From the IMG/VR virus record IMGVR_UViG_3300042566_001359: 64,000 nucleotides of DNA; one strand, given 5' to 3'. The DNA comes from a virus (taxonomy: Duplodnaviria > Heunggongvirae > Uroviricota > Caudoviricetes > Demerecviridae). Positions 10,784 through 20,763 of the stretch are shown one piece after another (position 1 is the first letter of the stretch; every line of letters starts with the position of its first letter). The notes beneath the pieces were generated by a model, which saw only the letters and a list, made by a program, of their open reading frames with translations, was not told the origin of the DNA and did no database searches. Both the position numbers and the translations under genes were made by a program.

Positions 10784-13700
10784 ATGTCGAAAATTATACT
10801 TAAAAAATCTTCGGTAGTGGACAAGGTTCCACTACCAGGTGATCTAGATTATGGTGAACTAGCACTTAACTACGCAGACAGCAAACTGTTTTTTAAAAAA
10901 TCCGATAATACCATTGGCACTATTGGTGGCGGTGGTGCTGGCGGGGTTGGCCCATCATTGCAAAACCGTTATAGTTATACAGCTACTGCAGCACAAACTA
11001 CATTTTTGGCAAACTATACAGCACCCTATGTTGATGTATATCTAAACGGATTGCGACTAAGTTCTGGAGTTGATTATACGGCTACTAACGGTAGTTCAAT
11101 TGTGCTAACGCTTAGTGCTACTGTAAACGACTTGGTGGAAATTGTTGCCACTACTACTTACACAGTCCAAGACAGCACTAAACTACCACTAAGTGGTGGC
11201 ACAATGACCGGGGTGATTGCTTTTGCAGCAGGCCAAACGTTTCCGGGCACACAAACCACACTGGTAAGTGGCACAAGCATTAAAACCATTAATGGTACTA
11301 GTGTGCTGGGTAGCGGCAACATACAAATTGACGGCGGAGTAACCAGCTTTAATACCCGCACAGGTGCGGTTACACTAGCTAGCAGTGATGTTACAACTGC
11401 GCTTGGGTTTACTCCTGTTTCACAATCGGCTGTAAATGCTAGTATAAGTGCGCTTGTTGATAGCTCGCCTGCGGCACTAGATACACTAAACGAACTGGCT
11501 GCAGCCCTAGGTGACGATCCTAATTTTGCAACAACTGTTACTAGTAATATCGCCAGTAAGCTTTCACTGACTGGCGGCACATTAACTGGTGCTTCAACCG
11601 TTAGTGTTGCATCTTGGGCAAAATGGACTCTTGAAACAACCGGTACAACCGCCAAAGCTCGCCAAGGTTCCGACGCCAACGGACTAAACTTTACATCAAA
11701 CGCACTTTGGAATGGCAGCTGGACCGAAGATGATTCTACCAAAAAGAAGTTTGCTTATATCCAGCATCTTGGTAATGGTCGTCACGAGTTCAGAACTGCT
11801 GCTAGTGGTACTGGCATTTCTTGGGTAACCAGCCTTACAGTTGATGAAACCGCAGTAAACTCACTTGTTGCGCTCCAGCAATCAGGCAATCAAGTATTAC
11901 ATGCAGGAAACTATACCGGCTATGCACTACCAATAACCGGTGGTACAATGACCGGTGCGATTGCTTTTGTGGCCGGACAAACATGGCCTACGTTTAATCA
12001 AAGCACCACAGGTAATGCAGCAACAGCCACTGCGCTACAAACTGCTCGCACAATCAACGGTGTAAGTTTCAACGGATCGGCAAACATCACAGTTGCTGAC
12101 AGCACCAAGCTGCCATTAGCTGGCGGTACACTAACTGGCGGCTTAAGTGGCACAACAGCCACATTTAGCGGACTGATTAAAGCAGATGGTGGAACTATTC
12201 AAGTAGGCTCATCTGCTGGAGTTTACAGACAGCTGCGATACGATGGTACAATTTCTGCTGACGGTTCAACATTTAACACACTACTGCATGCAGGCAACTA
12301 CTCCAGCTACAGCCCTACACTAACTGGCGGTAGCGCCAGCGGCACCTGGGGTATTAATGTAACTGGAAGTGCAGGTTCCACCTCCAGCACAGTAGGTACA
12401 ACAGCTACTGCAATATTATCTGGGTATCAAGCGGCAATAAATACTACTACTCCTGGTACAGGTAACTTTGGTATACATTTTAACGGGCAATTAACTCCTG
12501 ATTATGCTTCTGGTATAACTTGGAATGGCGGAACTAGTACAACAAGCGCGCAAGCTGGTATTTATGTTCAAGGATCTGGTTCGTATGGAACCAAAATGTA
12601 CTTAGCTACCACAGATAGCTATGCTACCGGAGCAAGAACAGCTGTATCAATTGACCACTCTGGAAATGTTAACATTGTTCGTGGTGCTTTACAGCAAGCT
12701 GGTAATCAGGTATTACACGCAGGAAACTACAACAGTTATTCACCAACACTAACCGGCACTGGAGCCTCCGGCACTTGGGGCATCAGTATTAGCGGTACTG
12801 CTGCAAATGCCACAAACATTAACTCAACACAGGGTTTGTTGGGTTATGCAGGCTCCGCCTTAAATATTGATACTGGCGGACAGGGGGGCCCCCAAGTACA
12901 AAGTCAAGGCAGCGGAGCGGCAATGATTTCATTTCATCGTCCAGGCGCATATGCTATAAACTTTGGTCTTGGGACGGATAATCAACTGCGAACGGGTGGT
13001 TGGAGCCGTGGTGGAAACCACGTTATTTTAGACTCAGGAAACTACACTAGCTATGCACTTGCTCGTGTAAGCGCCAATCGCCCTGGTGTTACAAAACTAT
13101 ACAGAACCGACGATGACAGTGGCTATAATATACAAACCCACTGGAGTGCGGATGTAAGCGGGTACTGGTCGCTTCGTGGTTTCTTAAATGACAGCTACCA
13201 TGCACCAGCTTATGTGGCACTTTCGGGTCGTTCAAACCGAGCCAATGGTAACTTCTATATTGACGATAATTACGGCAATACTGTTGTTGGTGTGTATACG
13301 TCTACACGTTATCAAGGTGTGTATGCTATGGGCGATGCATACAAGATGTCTGCTGATGGGGCTAGTCTTGCTAACATGTATGGTATAGCATGGTCACATC
13401 CTAATGCTGGTGGTGCGGCAGGTAACCTAACTGATCACGGAATGTTGATTATCAACAATGGAGGTTTCCGTTGCGCTATTTCTAACAGCATTGTTGCCAG
13501 TGGTAACATTACAGCATATTCTGACGAGCGACTGAAAACCAACTGGCGTGATATGCCAGAAAATTTTGTAGCACGTCTTGCCAAAGTTAAAGTTGGTATT
13601 TACGATCGTATAGACACAGAAAACGGTACTCAAGTTGGTGTAAGTGCACAGTCTTTCCAAGAACTACTGCCACAAGCAATTACAACAGCTACAGACGACA

Positions 13701-13834
13701 TGCAGACCTTATCAGTCAACTATGGTGGTGCAGCACTTGCAAGTGCTGTTGAACTTGCCAAAGACAATTGCGAACTTCGTGCGCGTATCGAGCGCCTTGA
13801 AGCCTTAATCAACACCATCCTCAACAAGGATTAA
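10784..13834 (+). CDS. Tail fibre protein with C-terminal intramolecular chaperone (peptidase S74) domain
   Basis: 1016 aa; repeated ...HAGNY(S/T)(G/S)Y modules; C-terminus SDERLKTNWRDMP...ELRARIERLEALINTIL typical of self-cleaving chaperone domain. Confidence 0.85.
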   Translation: MSKIILKKSSVVDKVPLPGDLDYGELALNYADSKLFFKKSDNTIGTIGGGGAGGVGPSLQNRYSYTATAAQTTFLANYTAPYVDVYLNGLRLSSGVDYTATNGSSIVLTLSATVNDLVEIVATTTYTVQDSTKLPLSGGTMTGVIAFAAGQTFPGTQTTLVSGTSIKTINGTSVLGSGNIQIDGGVTSFNTRTGAVTLASSDVTTALGFTPVSQSAVNASISALVDSSPAALDTLNELAAALGDDPNFATTVTSNIASKLSLTGGTLTGASTVSVASWAKWTLETTGTTAKARQGSDANGLNFTSNALWNGSWTEDDSTKKKFAYIQHLGNGRHEFRTAASGTGISWVTSLTVDETAVNSLVALQQSGNQVLHAGNYTGYALPITGGTMTGAIAFVAGQTWPTFNQSTTGNAATATALQTARTINGVSFNGSANITVADSTKLPLAGGTLTGGLSGTTATFSGLIKADGGTIQVGSSAGVYRQLRYDGTISADGSTFNTLLHAGNYSSYSPTLTGGSASGTWGINVTGSAGSTSSTVGTTATAILSGYQAAINTTTPGTGNFGIHFNGQLTPDYASGITWNGGTSTTSAQAGIYVQGSGSYGTKMYLATTDSYATGARTAVSIDHSGNVNIVRGALQQAGNQVLHAGNYNSYSPTLTGTGASGTWGISISGTAANATNINSTQGLLGYAGSALNIDTGGQGGPQVQSQGSGAAMISFHRPGAYAINFGLGTDNQLRTGGWSRGGNHVILDSGNYTSYALARVSANRPGVTKLYRTDDDSGYNIQTHWSADVSGYWSLRGFLNDSYHAPAYVALSGRSNRANGNFYIDDNYGNTVVGVYTSTRYQGVYAMGDAYKMSADGASLANMYGIAWSHPNAGGAAGNLTDHGMLIINNGGFRCAISNSIVASGNITAYSDERLKTNWRDMPENFVARLAKVKVGIYDRIDTENGTQVGVSAQSFQELLPQAITTATDDMQTLSVNYGGAALASAVELAKDNCELRARIERLEALINTILNKD

Positions 13835-13835
13835 T

Positions 13836-14213
13836 ATGACAGAACCAACAACTATTCCAGCAGCTGAGCAGCCACAAAACTTTACTGCTGATTTCGCAAT
13901 CCGTATCACAGGATTGCGAACCCAAACCGTAGCCGGTGTGCCAGGTGTAGTAAAGCAAGTAGCCTGGACAATCACAGGCACAGAGGCTAATCAAACATTC
14001 GAGCTAACACAAACCACCACAGTGCCAGACCCTGATACTACAGAGTTCGTTCCGCTAGCAGAACTAACCGAGCCTCAAGTAGTTGCTTGGATTGAAGCAC
14101 ACGACATTCGACTGCCCAGCATCAAGCACCACATTCAACTTGTGCTAGATCGTCAAGTTGAGCAGGCTGCACTACAATCAACACCAATGCCTTGGGCAAC
14201 CACTGTGGAGTAA
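13836..14213 (+). CDS. Hypothetical protein
   Basis: 125-aa ORF directly abutting fibre gene stop. Confidence 0.5.
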   Translation: MTEPTTIPAAEQPQNFTADFAIRITGLRTQTVAGVPGVVKQVAWTITGTEANQTFELTQTTTVPDPDTTEFVPLAELTEPQVVAWIEAHDIRLPSIKHHIQLVLDRQVEQAALQSTPMPWATTVE

Positions 14214-14216
14214 TCA

Positions 14217-15158
14217 ATGCCATTACCAAGTAGTGGAGCGATTTCGCTAAGCCAAGTCAACACGGAACTTGGCTTAGCCTCAACCACAACAATTTCGTTA
14301 AACCAAGCTAACGTTCGTGGTCTTTTTGGCGTAGCCAGCGGTGCTATCAGCATGAGCAATGGTTATGGCAAGGCCAACACCTACGCCATTGAGTATTTGG
14401 TTGTGGCCGGTGGCGGTGGCGGCGGTACTTCGCAAAACTTTAGTTATGGAGGAGGTGGTGGTGCGGGAGGATATCGGACCGGTTCTGCAAACGTCGGTTC
14501 TGGTGTTACTATTACAGCTACTGTTGGTGCAGGCGGTTCAGGGGACAACAGCGGAAGTTCGAGCTCGTTCAACTCACTTGTGTCTACAGGCGGCGGTTAT
14601 GGGGCCAGGGGTGGATTTAGCGTATACGAGTATCCCTACCCACCGCGAGCGGGTGCAGCAGGAGGTTCGGGAGGTGGTGGTACACCTTACCAAACATACG
14701 GCAACGGCACGTCTGGCCAAGGAAATAGGGGTGGACAAGGTTATGGTAACCAATACAACTTCTGCGGATACTTTGGGTCCCGTTCGGCTTCTGGAGGTGG
14801 TGGTGGCGCCGGTGCTGTAGGTGGAAACGCATATGGCGACTATATGTGCTATTACGCGGTTGCTGGTCCTGGAGGTGCAGGTAGCACATGGTCAAACGGT
14901 ACGACGTATGCCGGTGGCGGCGGTGGATACGGCGATAACGGAGGTGCCCAACCCGGGGGCAGCGGTGGAGGCGGCAATGGAAATGCCGCCGGAACGGCTA
15001 ACACCGGCGGCGGTGGAGGTGGAAACGTACGGGCGGGAGGCTCTGGCGTTGTCATCGTTCGGTACGCAGGTGCACAACGCGGCACGGGAGGTACTGTTAC
15101 TTCTGCTGGGGGCTATACATATCACACATTTACTTCTTCTGGGACGTTTACATCATGA
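14217..15158 (+). CDS. Glycine-rich tail fibre-like protein
   Basis: 313 aa, long GGGGG/GxGG tracts; the GC-rich repeats generate overlapping alternative-frame ORFs that I treat as spurious. Confidence 0.6.
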   Translation: MPLPSSGAISLSQVNTELGLASTTTISLNQANVRGLFGVASGAISMSNGYGKANTYAIEYLVVAGGGGGGTSQNFSYGGGGGAGGYRTGSANVGSGVTITATVGAGGSGDNSGSSSSFNSLVSTGGGYGARGGFSVYEYPYPPRAGAAGGSGGGGTPYQTYGNGTSGQGNRGGQGYGNQYNFCGYFGSRSASGGGGGAGAVGGNAYGDYMCYYAVAGPGGAGSTWSNGTTYAGGGGGYGDNGGAQPGGSGGGGNGNAAGTANTGGGGGGNVRAGGSGVVIVRYAGAQRGTGGTVTSAGGYTYHTFTSSGTFTS

Positions 15159-15595
15159 GCCACTTTGCGCAAATAGACGAAAACAATGTTGTACAACAAG
15201 TGCTGGTCATTGACCAGGCCGAGATTGACACAGGCAACTGGGGCAATCCCGAAACTTGGATTAAAACCAGCTACAATACACGTGGCGGTGTGTACTACTC
15301 CCCAGACACAAACGATCCGGACCCGGATCAGTCCAAGGCGTTTCGAAAAAACTATGCAAGTATTGGATTTTCTTGGGATGGGGTTGGATTTATTCCACCA
15401 AAGTCACCGTTTCCATCATGGGTGCTGAACAGTTTTTCCTATCTGTGGGAAGCGCCGGTTCCTATGCCAGTGCCAAATAGCCCGCCATACTACGGTTGGA
15501 ATGAGGCTACGCTATCTTGGGTTATGTTACCCAATCAGCCAGAGCAAATGCCAAGTACAGACAACCCTGGAGCTGCACCAAATGTTATCGGTTAA
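15155..15595 (+). CDS. Hypothetical protein
   Basis: 146-aa ORF, start overlaps upstream stop. Confidence 0.45.
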   Translation: MSHFAQIDENNVVQQVLVIDQAEIDTGNWGNPETWIKTSYNTRGGVYYSPDTNDPDPDQSKAFRKNYASIGFSWDGVGFIPPKSPFPSWVLNSFSYLWEAPVPMPVPNSPPYYGWNEATLSWVMLPNQPEQMPSTDNPGAAPNVIG

Positions 15596-15905
15596 ACCTC
15601 TTGAAAACCTTGGATCTATCCGTGGGGCTATGTACGACTTTGAGAAAGCTGGCGACATCCTTCCGAAGCACAATCATACTGAAAGTAACATACATATTAC
15701 CATTGTAGCGCGTGGCAAAATCAAGGCGTATTCTCACGACTGGGAGTTGGAGGCGGTGGCTGGACAGATTCTGGATTTCAGGCCAGGAGAGCCGCACGAG
15801 TTCATGGCCCTTGAAGACAACACGCGGATCTTCAACATCATCAAGAATCCTGACTTGAGTGTACCTATCGCGTCAATGGATTACCAACAGGAGACGACAC
15901 CATGA
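15582..15905 (+). CDS. Cupin-fold-like small protein (start placed at internal Met)
   Basis: HNHTESNIHITIV ... GEPHEFMA spacing resembles cupin two-motif signature. Confidence 0.35.
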   Translation: MLSVKPLENLGSIRGAMYDFEKAGDILPKHNHTESNIHITIVARGKIKAYSHDWELEAVAGQILDFRPGEPHEFMALEDNTRIFNIIKNPDLSVPIASMDYQQETTP

Positions 15906-15993
15906 GCTTATATACAATACAACAACTTGTATCTCAAACTGTTTCTCCGGTACCGCAGCAATCTGCTATATCTTAAAACTATAAAGGACACTT

Positions 15994-16254
15994 ATGTCAA
16001 AATCAAGAACGTTAAGCGGCTTAGTGTCCGATGGTGGTGCGCTGGCCGATGGGCAACTAAATGCCCAAGATATTGGTGCACAGCCTGCGTTGGTGTCGGG
16101 CACCACGATCAAAACAGTAAATGGAGCTTCACTGCTGGGCTCAGGCAATATTACAGTTGAAGGCGGAGGAGGCGGTGGTGGTGGTGGCAGCGCACTGGAT
16201 TTTGGTACTTTTACCGCACCACCAAGATTTACGCTTGACATGGGAGCCTTTTAA
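15994..16254 (+). CDS. Small glycine-rich fibre-related protein
   Basis: 86 aa; GTTIKTVNGASLLGSGNITVEGG motif near-identical to motif in 10784..13834 product; poly-Gly run. Confidence 0.45.
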   Translation: MSKSRTLSGLVSDGGALADGQLNAQDIGAQPALVSGTTIKTVNGASLLGSGNITVEGGGGGGGGGSALDFGTFTAPPRFTLDMGAF

Positions 16255-16271
16255 AGGTTTAGGAGAACACA

Positions 16272-16487
16272 ATGACATTACAAATTAGAAGAGGTCTACA
16301 AATAGACCTGCCCTCAGACCCAGCAGAAGGTGAATTGCTGTATACCACCAACACTAAAAAACTATTTATTGGCATTGGCGGAGCACCCCAAGAACTCTCA
16401 GGAGTTAACAGTGCTCCAAACATAGACGGAGGTTTTCCAGACAGTAGCTACGCCGGCATATCGCCCATAGACGGAGGTAGTGCTTAA
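16272..16487 (+). CDS. Truncated paralogue carrying only the conserved N-terminal motif of the downstream receptor-binding proteins
   Basis: 71 aa; MTLQIRRGLQIDL...GELLYTTNTKKLFIG matches N-termini of the three following genes. Confidence 0.4.
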   Translation: MTLQIRRGLQIDLPSDPAEGELLYTTNTKKLFIGIGGAPQELSGVNSAPNIDGGFPDSSYAGISPIDGGSA

Positions 16488-17410
16488 TGTCCACAGTAAT
16501 ACAATTTAGAAGAGGTTCAATCTCACAGTGGAAGCAAGCTAACCCTGTGTTGCTTAACGGCGAACCCGGCATTGAGTTAGACACAGGTAGATTTAAGCTG
16601 GGTACAGGTACCTCTAACTGGAAAAACTTACCGTATGCTGGAGATCAGGGCCCCACCGGCACAGCTTCTACTGTTCCAGAAACCACTGGTGCAATAACTT
16701 ATGCACCAACAGCCACAGCTCCTGCTGGATGGTTGTCTTGTAACGGAAGTTTCGTATCAGCAGCAACATTTCCCGCACTACAGCCAGTGTTGCCTCCCAA
16801 ACCTGGATTTAGTGGAGGCGTAGGGGCACAATATGGCCCGGGTACCTTGCAAGGTATCGTGGTTTCTGCAAGCAGTGTAATCAGCACAGATAGTTGGGCT
16901 AGTGTAACAAACGTTGACGATGGTTTATCTGTGGGCACTACTTATCCCCGTAATGGTTGGCGAAGCCAGTACAACCCGTTTAACAATGATGGGCACTGGT
17001 TAAAGTTCGCTTTTCCAATACCAACAGTTATCAATACTTACTGGTTAGCAGATAATTCAGACGGTGACTGGAGCCCTACCGTTTGGACATTTCAAGGGTC
17101 TAATGATAACACCAATTGGACGGTATTGCACACAGTTGATAATGGTACTACAAGAACTATAAACAACACAATTTATGGTGGAGCTATAACTACCAGCGGT
17201 ATGGCTAACTATTCTTTTACCAATACTACCACATACCTGTACTATAGATGGGTTTTTACTCAATCTAATTACGGTTATGAAAGTGTTGAATTAACGGAAG
17301 CAGCCATGGGCGGTACCGTTATTGGCCCAGATAATACACTGCTAGTTTTGCCTGCTTTAAGTCCAATTAGTTCCAATAATACAACGTTTTACCCATATAT
17401 AAAGAGCTAA
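16487..17410 (+). CDS. Receptor-binding / tail-collar-domain protein, paralogue 1
   Basis: 307 aa; N-terminal IQFRRGS...W..NPVL..GE motif; phage tail-collar-like YAPTATAPAGWLSCNGS...FPAL; C-terminal FYPYIKS. Confidence 0.75.
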   Translation: MSTVIQFRRGSISQWKQANPVLLNGEPGIELDTGRFKLGTGTSNWKNLPYAGDQGPTGTASTVPETTGAITYAPTATAPAGWLSCNGSFVSAATFPALQPVLPPKPGFSGGVGAQYGPGTLQGIVVSASSVISTDSWASVTNVDDGLSVGTTYPRNGWRSQYNPFNNDGHWLKFAFPIPTVINTYWLADNSDGDWSPTVWTFQGSNDNTNWTVLHTVDNGTTRTINNTIYGGAITTSGMANYSFTNTTTYLYYRWVFTQSNYGYESVELTEAAMGGTVIGPDNTLLVLPALSPISSNNTTFYPYIKS

Positions 17411-17413
17411 ATT

Positions 17414-18280
17414 ATGCCAATCAATATACAACTAAGACGAGACACTGCCAGCGGCTGGACTGCAGAAAATCCTGTGTTAAAATCCAGTGAACTAGCAGCA
17501 GAAACAAACACTCGTAGAATAAAAATTGGTGATGGTAGTACTCCATGGAACTTACTACCCTACTCAGGCACTATTGGACCTGCAGGACGTAATGGTGCGC
17601 CTAATAGTATTGCAGGAACACTGGCATATTTTCCAACAGCCACAGCCCCCGCCGGATGGTTACGCACAGATGGTAGCACTATTTCTTCTACAGCATACCC
17701 AGAATTGTCCGCTCTACTTGCAAGTAGTAGCAACTTATTAGTAGCTCCTACAAGTATAAATACAGAGGGTGCTTATGGGTTTAGCTGGGCACCCGGCCTT
17801 ACACTATTCGATCCGTATGTGGATAGCGACGTATTTGGAACAGGAGAGTATTTAAGTAATCAGACTATGTCCGGAGAGCAAATTACCGCATTTAATTTTA
17901 GTTTTGCTCAACCTGTTGTACTGTCAGACTTAACAATATTGAACTTAGGTTACGGGATTGCACCAACTTATTGGAAGCTAGTGAGCGGCACGGATATAAT
18001 TGCAGAAACTGCACCAAATAGCTTGTTTTTGGCAGTGGGCGGAGTAACTACGTATAGCGGCAATGCTTTTATCCCTAACTGGTATAGTTTAAATAATACA
18101 CTGGCAAGACAAACTTACACATTAATTGTTGCACACACACAAGGTTATCCTGTAGACATTGGTATCACACGAATACTTTTTAAACAAACTGTAACTGCTC
18201 CTGTGGGGTCCAAGATACTACCCACACTTCCTACACAGCCCGCTGGCTTAACCAGCCTATACCCATACATAAAGACTTAA
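17414..18280 (+). CDS. Receptor-binding / tail-collar-domain protein, paralogue 2
   Basis: 288 aa; same N-terminal motif, YFPTATAPAGWLRTDGS...YPEL collar motif, C-terminal LYPYIKT; central region divergent. Confidence 0.75.
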   Translation: MPINIQLRRDTASGWTAENPVLKSSELAAETNTRRIKIGDGSTPWNLLPYSGTIGPAGRNGAPNSIAGTLAYFPTATAPAGWLRTDGSTISSTAYPELSALLASSSNLLVAPTSINTEGAYGFSWAPGLTLFDPYVDSDVFGTGEYLSNQTMSGEQITAFNFSFAQPVVLSDLTILNLGYGIAPTYWKLVSGTDIIAETAPNSLFLAVGGVTTYSGNAFIPNWYSLNNTLARQTYTLIVAHTQGYPVDIGITRILFKQTVTAPVGSKILPTLPTQPAGLTSLYPYIKT

Positions 18281-18281
18281 A

Positions 18282-19184
18282 ATGGCTACATCTGTATACT
18301 TAAAAAGAGGTACGACTACACAGTGGGCAGCTCAAAATCCTGTGCTAGCGTCTGGAGAAATTGCCTATGATACTACCACACGAAATCTAAAATTAGGCCA
18401 CCAAGGTTTGCCTTGGTCTGAATTATCTTCAGCATTTGTTGGTATAAAAGGACTTCCTGGAAGCTCACTGGGCTTAGCTAACAGAGTACAGTGGCTAGTT
18501 CAACCAACTGCACCCGATGGTTGGGTGGCATGTAATGGAAACATTTTATCAACAGAACAGTATCCTGAGTTACAAAACTTACCTGAATTTCCTGGATTTG
18601 CTGGCGGTATTGGAAATTTTTCAATTATGCAAGGTGGTGGAACAAATTATGGATATGGTCCGGGACAATCTTTTGCTTCCACTGATGTTACTGGATTATT
18701 CCCTAATACTATAAACTCAGTGTTCTATCCCGCAGGTAGTGGTTTGCTACTAGATGGTCCTAGTTATTACTGGCAGGGTGCACAAAATTATGCAACATCT
18801 ATTTGGGGGTACAAGTTTCACAGACCTGTTGTAATTAACAAGTTTGCAGTATCTTCTCAAAATTCGTCGTATGATTTTGGTAATATTCAGTTTCAAGGCT
18901 CCAATGATGGTCTTGCCTATGCAACTATTTGGAACCGTCCTGAAACTACATTTTTGCCACAACAAGGTACAGCAACCCCTATTACTGTTACTAATACAAC
19001 AGCATACTTATATTACAGGTTTATTGTTGGATTTAATACGTTTTATTTTAATGGTACCGTAGCTGCGGCAAAAATAGCTTTAGAAGGCGTACCTATTTTA
19101 ACAGACCCGGAATTACGGCAAGTCCCTAATTTAGTGCCTATTGCTGCTGGTGCCAGCACATTTTATCCATACCTCAAACTCTAA
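18282..19184 (+). CDS. Receptor-binding / tail-collar-domain protein, paralogue 3
   Basis: 300 aa; QPTAPDGWVACNGNILSTEQYPEL collar motif; FQGSNDG...TAYLYYRF shared with paralogue 1; C-terminal FYPYLKL. Confidence 0.75.
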   Translation: MATSVYLKRGTTTQWAAQNPVLASGEIAYDTTTRNLKLGHQGLPWSELSSAFVGIKGLPGSSLGLANRVQWLVQPTAPDGWVACNGNILSTEQYPELQNLPEFPGFAGGIGNFSIMQGGGTNYGYGPGQSFASTDVTGLFPNTINSVFYPAGSGLLLDGPSYYWQGAQNYATSIWGYKFHRPVVINKFAVSSQNSSYDFGNIQFQGSNDGLAYATIWNRPETTFLPQQGTATPITVTNTTAYLYYRFIVGFNTFYFNGTVAAAKIALEGVPILTDPELRQVPNLVPIAAGASTFYPYLKL

Positions 19185-19193
19185 GGAATTCCT

Positions 19194-19445
19194 ATGCAAA
19201 TCACAAAACCAGAACAAGCAGAAATACGTAAGGTCCTAGAAATGGGGCAAGCTACTACACTATCTCTTGCAGATATGTTAAAGATTGTTAGAAACTATAG
19301 ATTAAAAGAATCTGACTGGACACAGCTACCTGACGTAAACTTACCTAACTTACAAGAGTGGGTTACTTATCGACAAGCACTGCGTGATATAACCAAGCAG
19401 TCAACTTTTCCACAAACAGTGGTGTGGCCCGTGCAACCACAATAA
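19194..19445 (+). CDS. Hypothetical protein
   Basis: 83-aa ORF with RBS-like AAGGAA upstream. Confidence 0.45.
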   Translation: MQITKPEQAEIRKVLEMGQATTLSLADMLKIVRNYRLKESDWTQLPDVNLPNLQEWVTYRQALRDITKQSTFPQTVVWPVQPQ

Positions 19446-19456
19446 TTTAAAAACAC

Positions 19457-19876
19457 ATGTTTTGGATACTAGAAATTTTTCCAAATTGGATCTGGTGGGT
19501 GTTATTAACAGCTGGTTTATTCAGCTATTTTTTATCACACTTAATTCCACTAAAAACTTACCAATTGCCAATTAAAATTGCAGGCGGTACGACGGTAGCT
19601 GTAGTAATTTTTATACTAGGACTCTTATACGCCAATGGCGTATGGCAGCAGGCGGCTCAAGAATTACAAGCCAAAGTTGCCATAGCCGAAGCAAAGTCGC
19701 AGGTGGTAAATGAAGTTATAAAAGAACGCGTAGTTACCAAAACTCAAGTTGTCAAGCAACGAGGCGAAGCCACTGTGGAATACATCACACGCGAAGTCGT
19801 CAAACACAACGCCGGTTGCACAATACCACCAGAATTTATTAATGCACACAATCGTGCAGCAGAAACACCGCCATGA
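19457..19876 (+). CDS. Putative i-spanin (Rz-like) inner-membrane lysis protein
   Basis: 139 aa; N-terminal hydrophobic segments followed by Ala/Gln/Lys-rich coiled coil; stop overlaps start of lipoprotein gene (ATGA). Confidence 0.5.
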   Translation: MFWILEIFPNWIWWVLLTAGLFSYFLSHLIPLKTYQLPIKIAGGTTVAVVIFILGLLYANGVWQQAAQELQAKVAIAEAKSQVVNEVIKERVVTKTQVVKQRGEATVEYITREVVKHNAGCTIPPEFINAHNRAAETPP

Positions 19877-20139
19877 AATTAGGTTTACTACTAACTACCA
19901 TATTACTAGCAGGGTGTACAACTGTGGTGCCTGTTACACAATCATGGCCAGAACCACCAGGTGTGTTAGCACAACAACCTTGCCCGCTGCTGGAAAAATT
20001 ACAGCCTGATGCCAAGCTGTCTGATGTTGCCAACACTGTGGTAAAAAATTACACAGAGTACTATACGTGTGCTATTAAACTAGAAGCTTGGCAGCGTTGG
20101 TACACCGAGCAGCAAGTTATACACAAAGGATTGAAATGA
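19873..20139 (+). CDS. Putative o-spanin (Rz1-like) outer-membrane lipoprotein
   Basis: 88 aa; lipobox LLAGC after signal peptide; Pro-rich; Cys residues; embedded/overlapping arrangement with upstream gene. Confidence 0.6.
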   Translation: MKLGLLLTTILLAGCTTVVPVTQSWPEPPGVLAQQPCPLLEKLQPDAKLSDVANTVVKNYTEYYTCAIKLEAWQRWYTEQQVIHKGLK

Positions 20140-20762
20140 CTGAACTAACGCTACAGCAACTGCAGCAACTTATTCCACGTAATCCGTATGTCAAACAATG
20201 GCACGGTGCCCTTGCACAGCTACTACCAGACTACGAGATCAATACGCCACAACGTATTGCTGCTTTTGTTGCACAGTGTGCACACGAGTCCGGGAACTTT
20301 ACCGCACTGCGCGAAAATTTAAACTATCGTTGGCAAACACTGCGTAAGATTTTCCCCAAGTATTTTCCCACAGATGAACTAGCACAGCAGTATGCCGCAA
20401 TGCCCAACAAGCAGCAGGCAATTGCTAACCTGGTATATGCAAACCGCATGGGCAATGGACCACCAGAATCTGGTGACGGATATCGCTTTGCAGGCAAGGG
20501 CTTAATTCAGCTAACCGGCAAAGACAACTACACTTGGTTTGCAGCATCGCTGGAAATTAGTGTAGAGGAAGCGGCCGAGTACTTGGAAACATTTGAAGGT
20601 GCTGCGCAAAGTGCTTGCTGGTTTTGGGAAACAAACAAACTCAATCAGTGGGCCGACAAAGGCGATATCCTTACACTAACCAAGCGTATCAACGGCGGCA
20701 CTATTGGCCTAGACGACCGCATCAAACACTATAACCATGCACTACATGTGCTAGGAGCCTAA
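20136..20762 (+). CDS. Endolysin, glycoside hydrolase family 19 (chitinase-like lysozyme)
   Basis: AAFVAQCAHESGNF and GKGLIQLTGKDNY motifs characteristic of GH19; start chosen at Met overlapping o-spanin stop (ORF track start 20088). Confidence 0.85.
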   Translation: MTELTLQQLQQLIPRNPYVKQWHGALAQLLPDYEINTPQRIAAFVAQCAHESGNFTALRENLNYRWQTLRKIFPKYFPTDELAQQYAAMPNKQQAIANLVYANRMGNGPPESGDGYRFAGKGLIQLTGKDNYTWFAASLEISVEEAAEYLETFEGAAQSACWFWETNKLNQWADKGDILTLTKRINGGTIGLDDRIKHYNHALHVLGA

Positions 20763-20763
20763 G

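Noticed and set aside
14359-15213. Several ORFs in alternative frames and on the minus strand across the glycine-rich gene
   Set aside because: They are produced by GC-rich GGN repeats and are wholly nested in the 14217..15158 gene; there is no independent evidence for them.
16272-19184. Diversity-generating retroelement acting on the receptor-binding paralogues
   Set aside because: No reverse-transcriptase ORF and no template-repeat/variable-repeat pair with adenine-specific differences could be identified; the paralogues differ throughout, not at discrete Asn codons.
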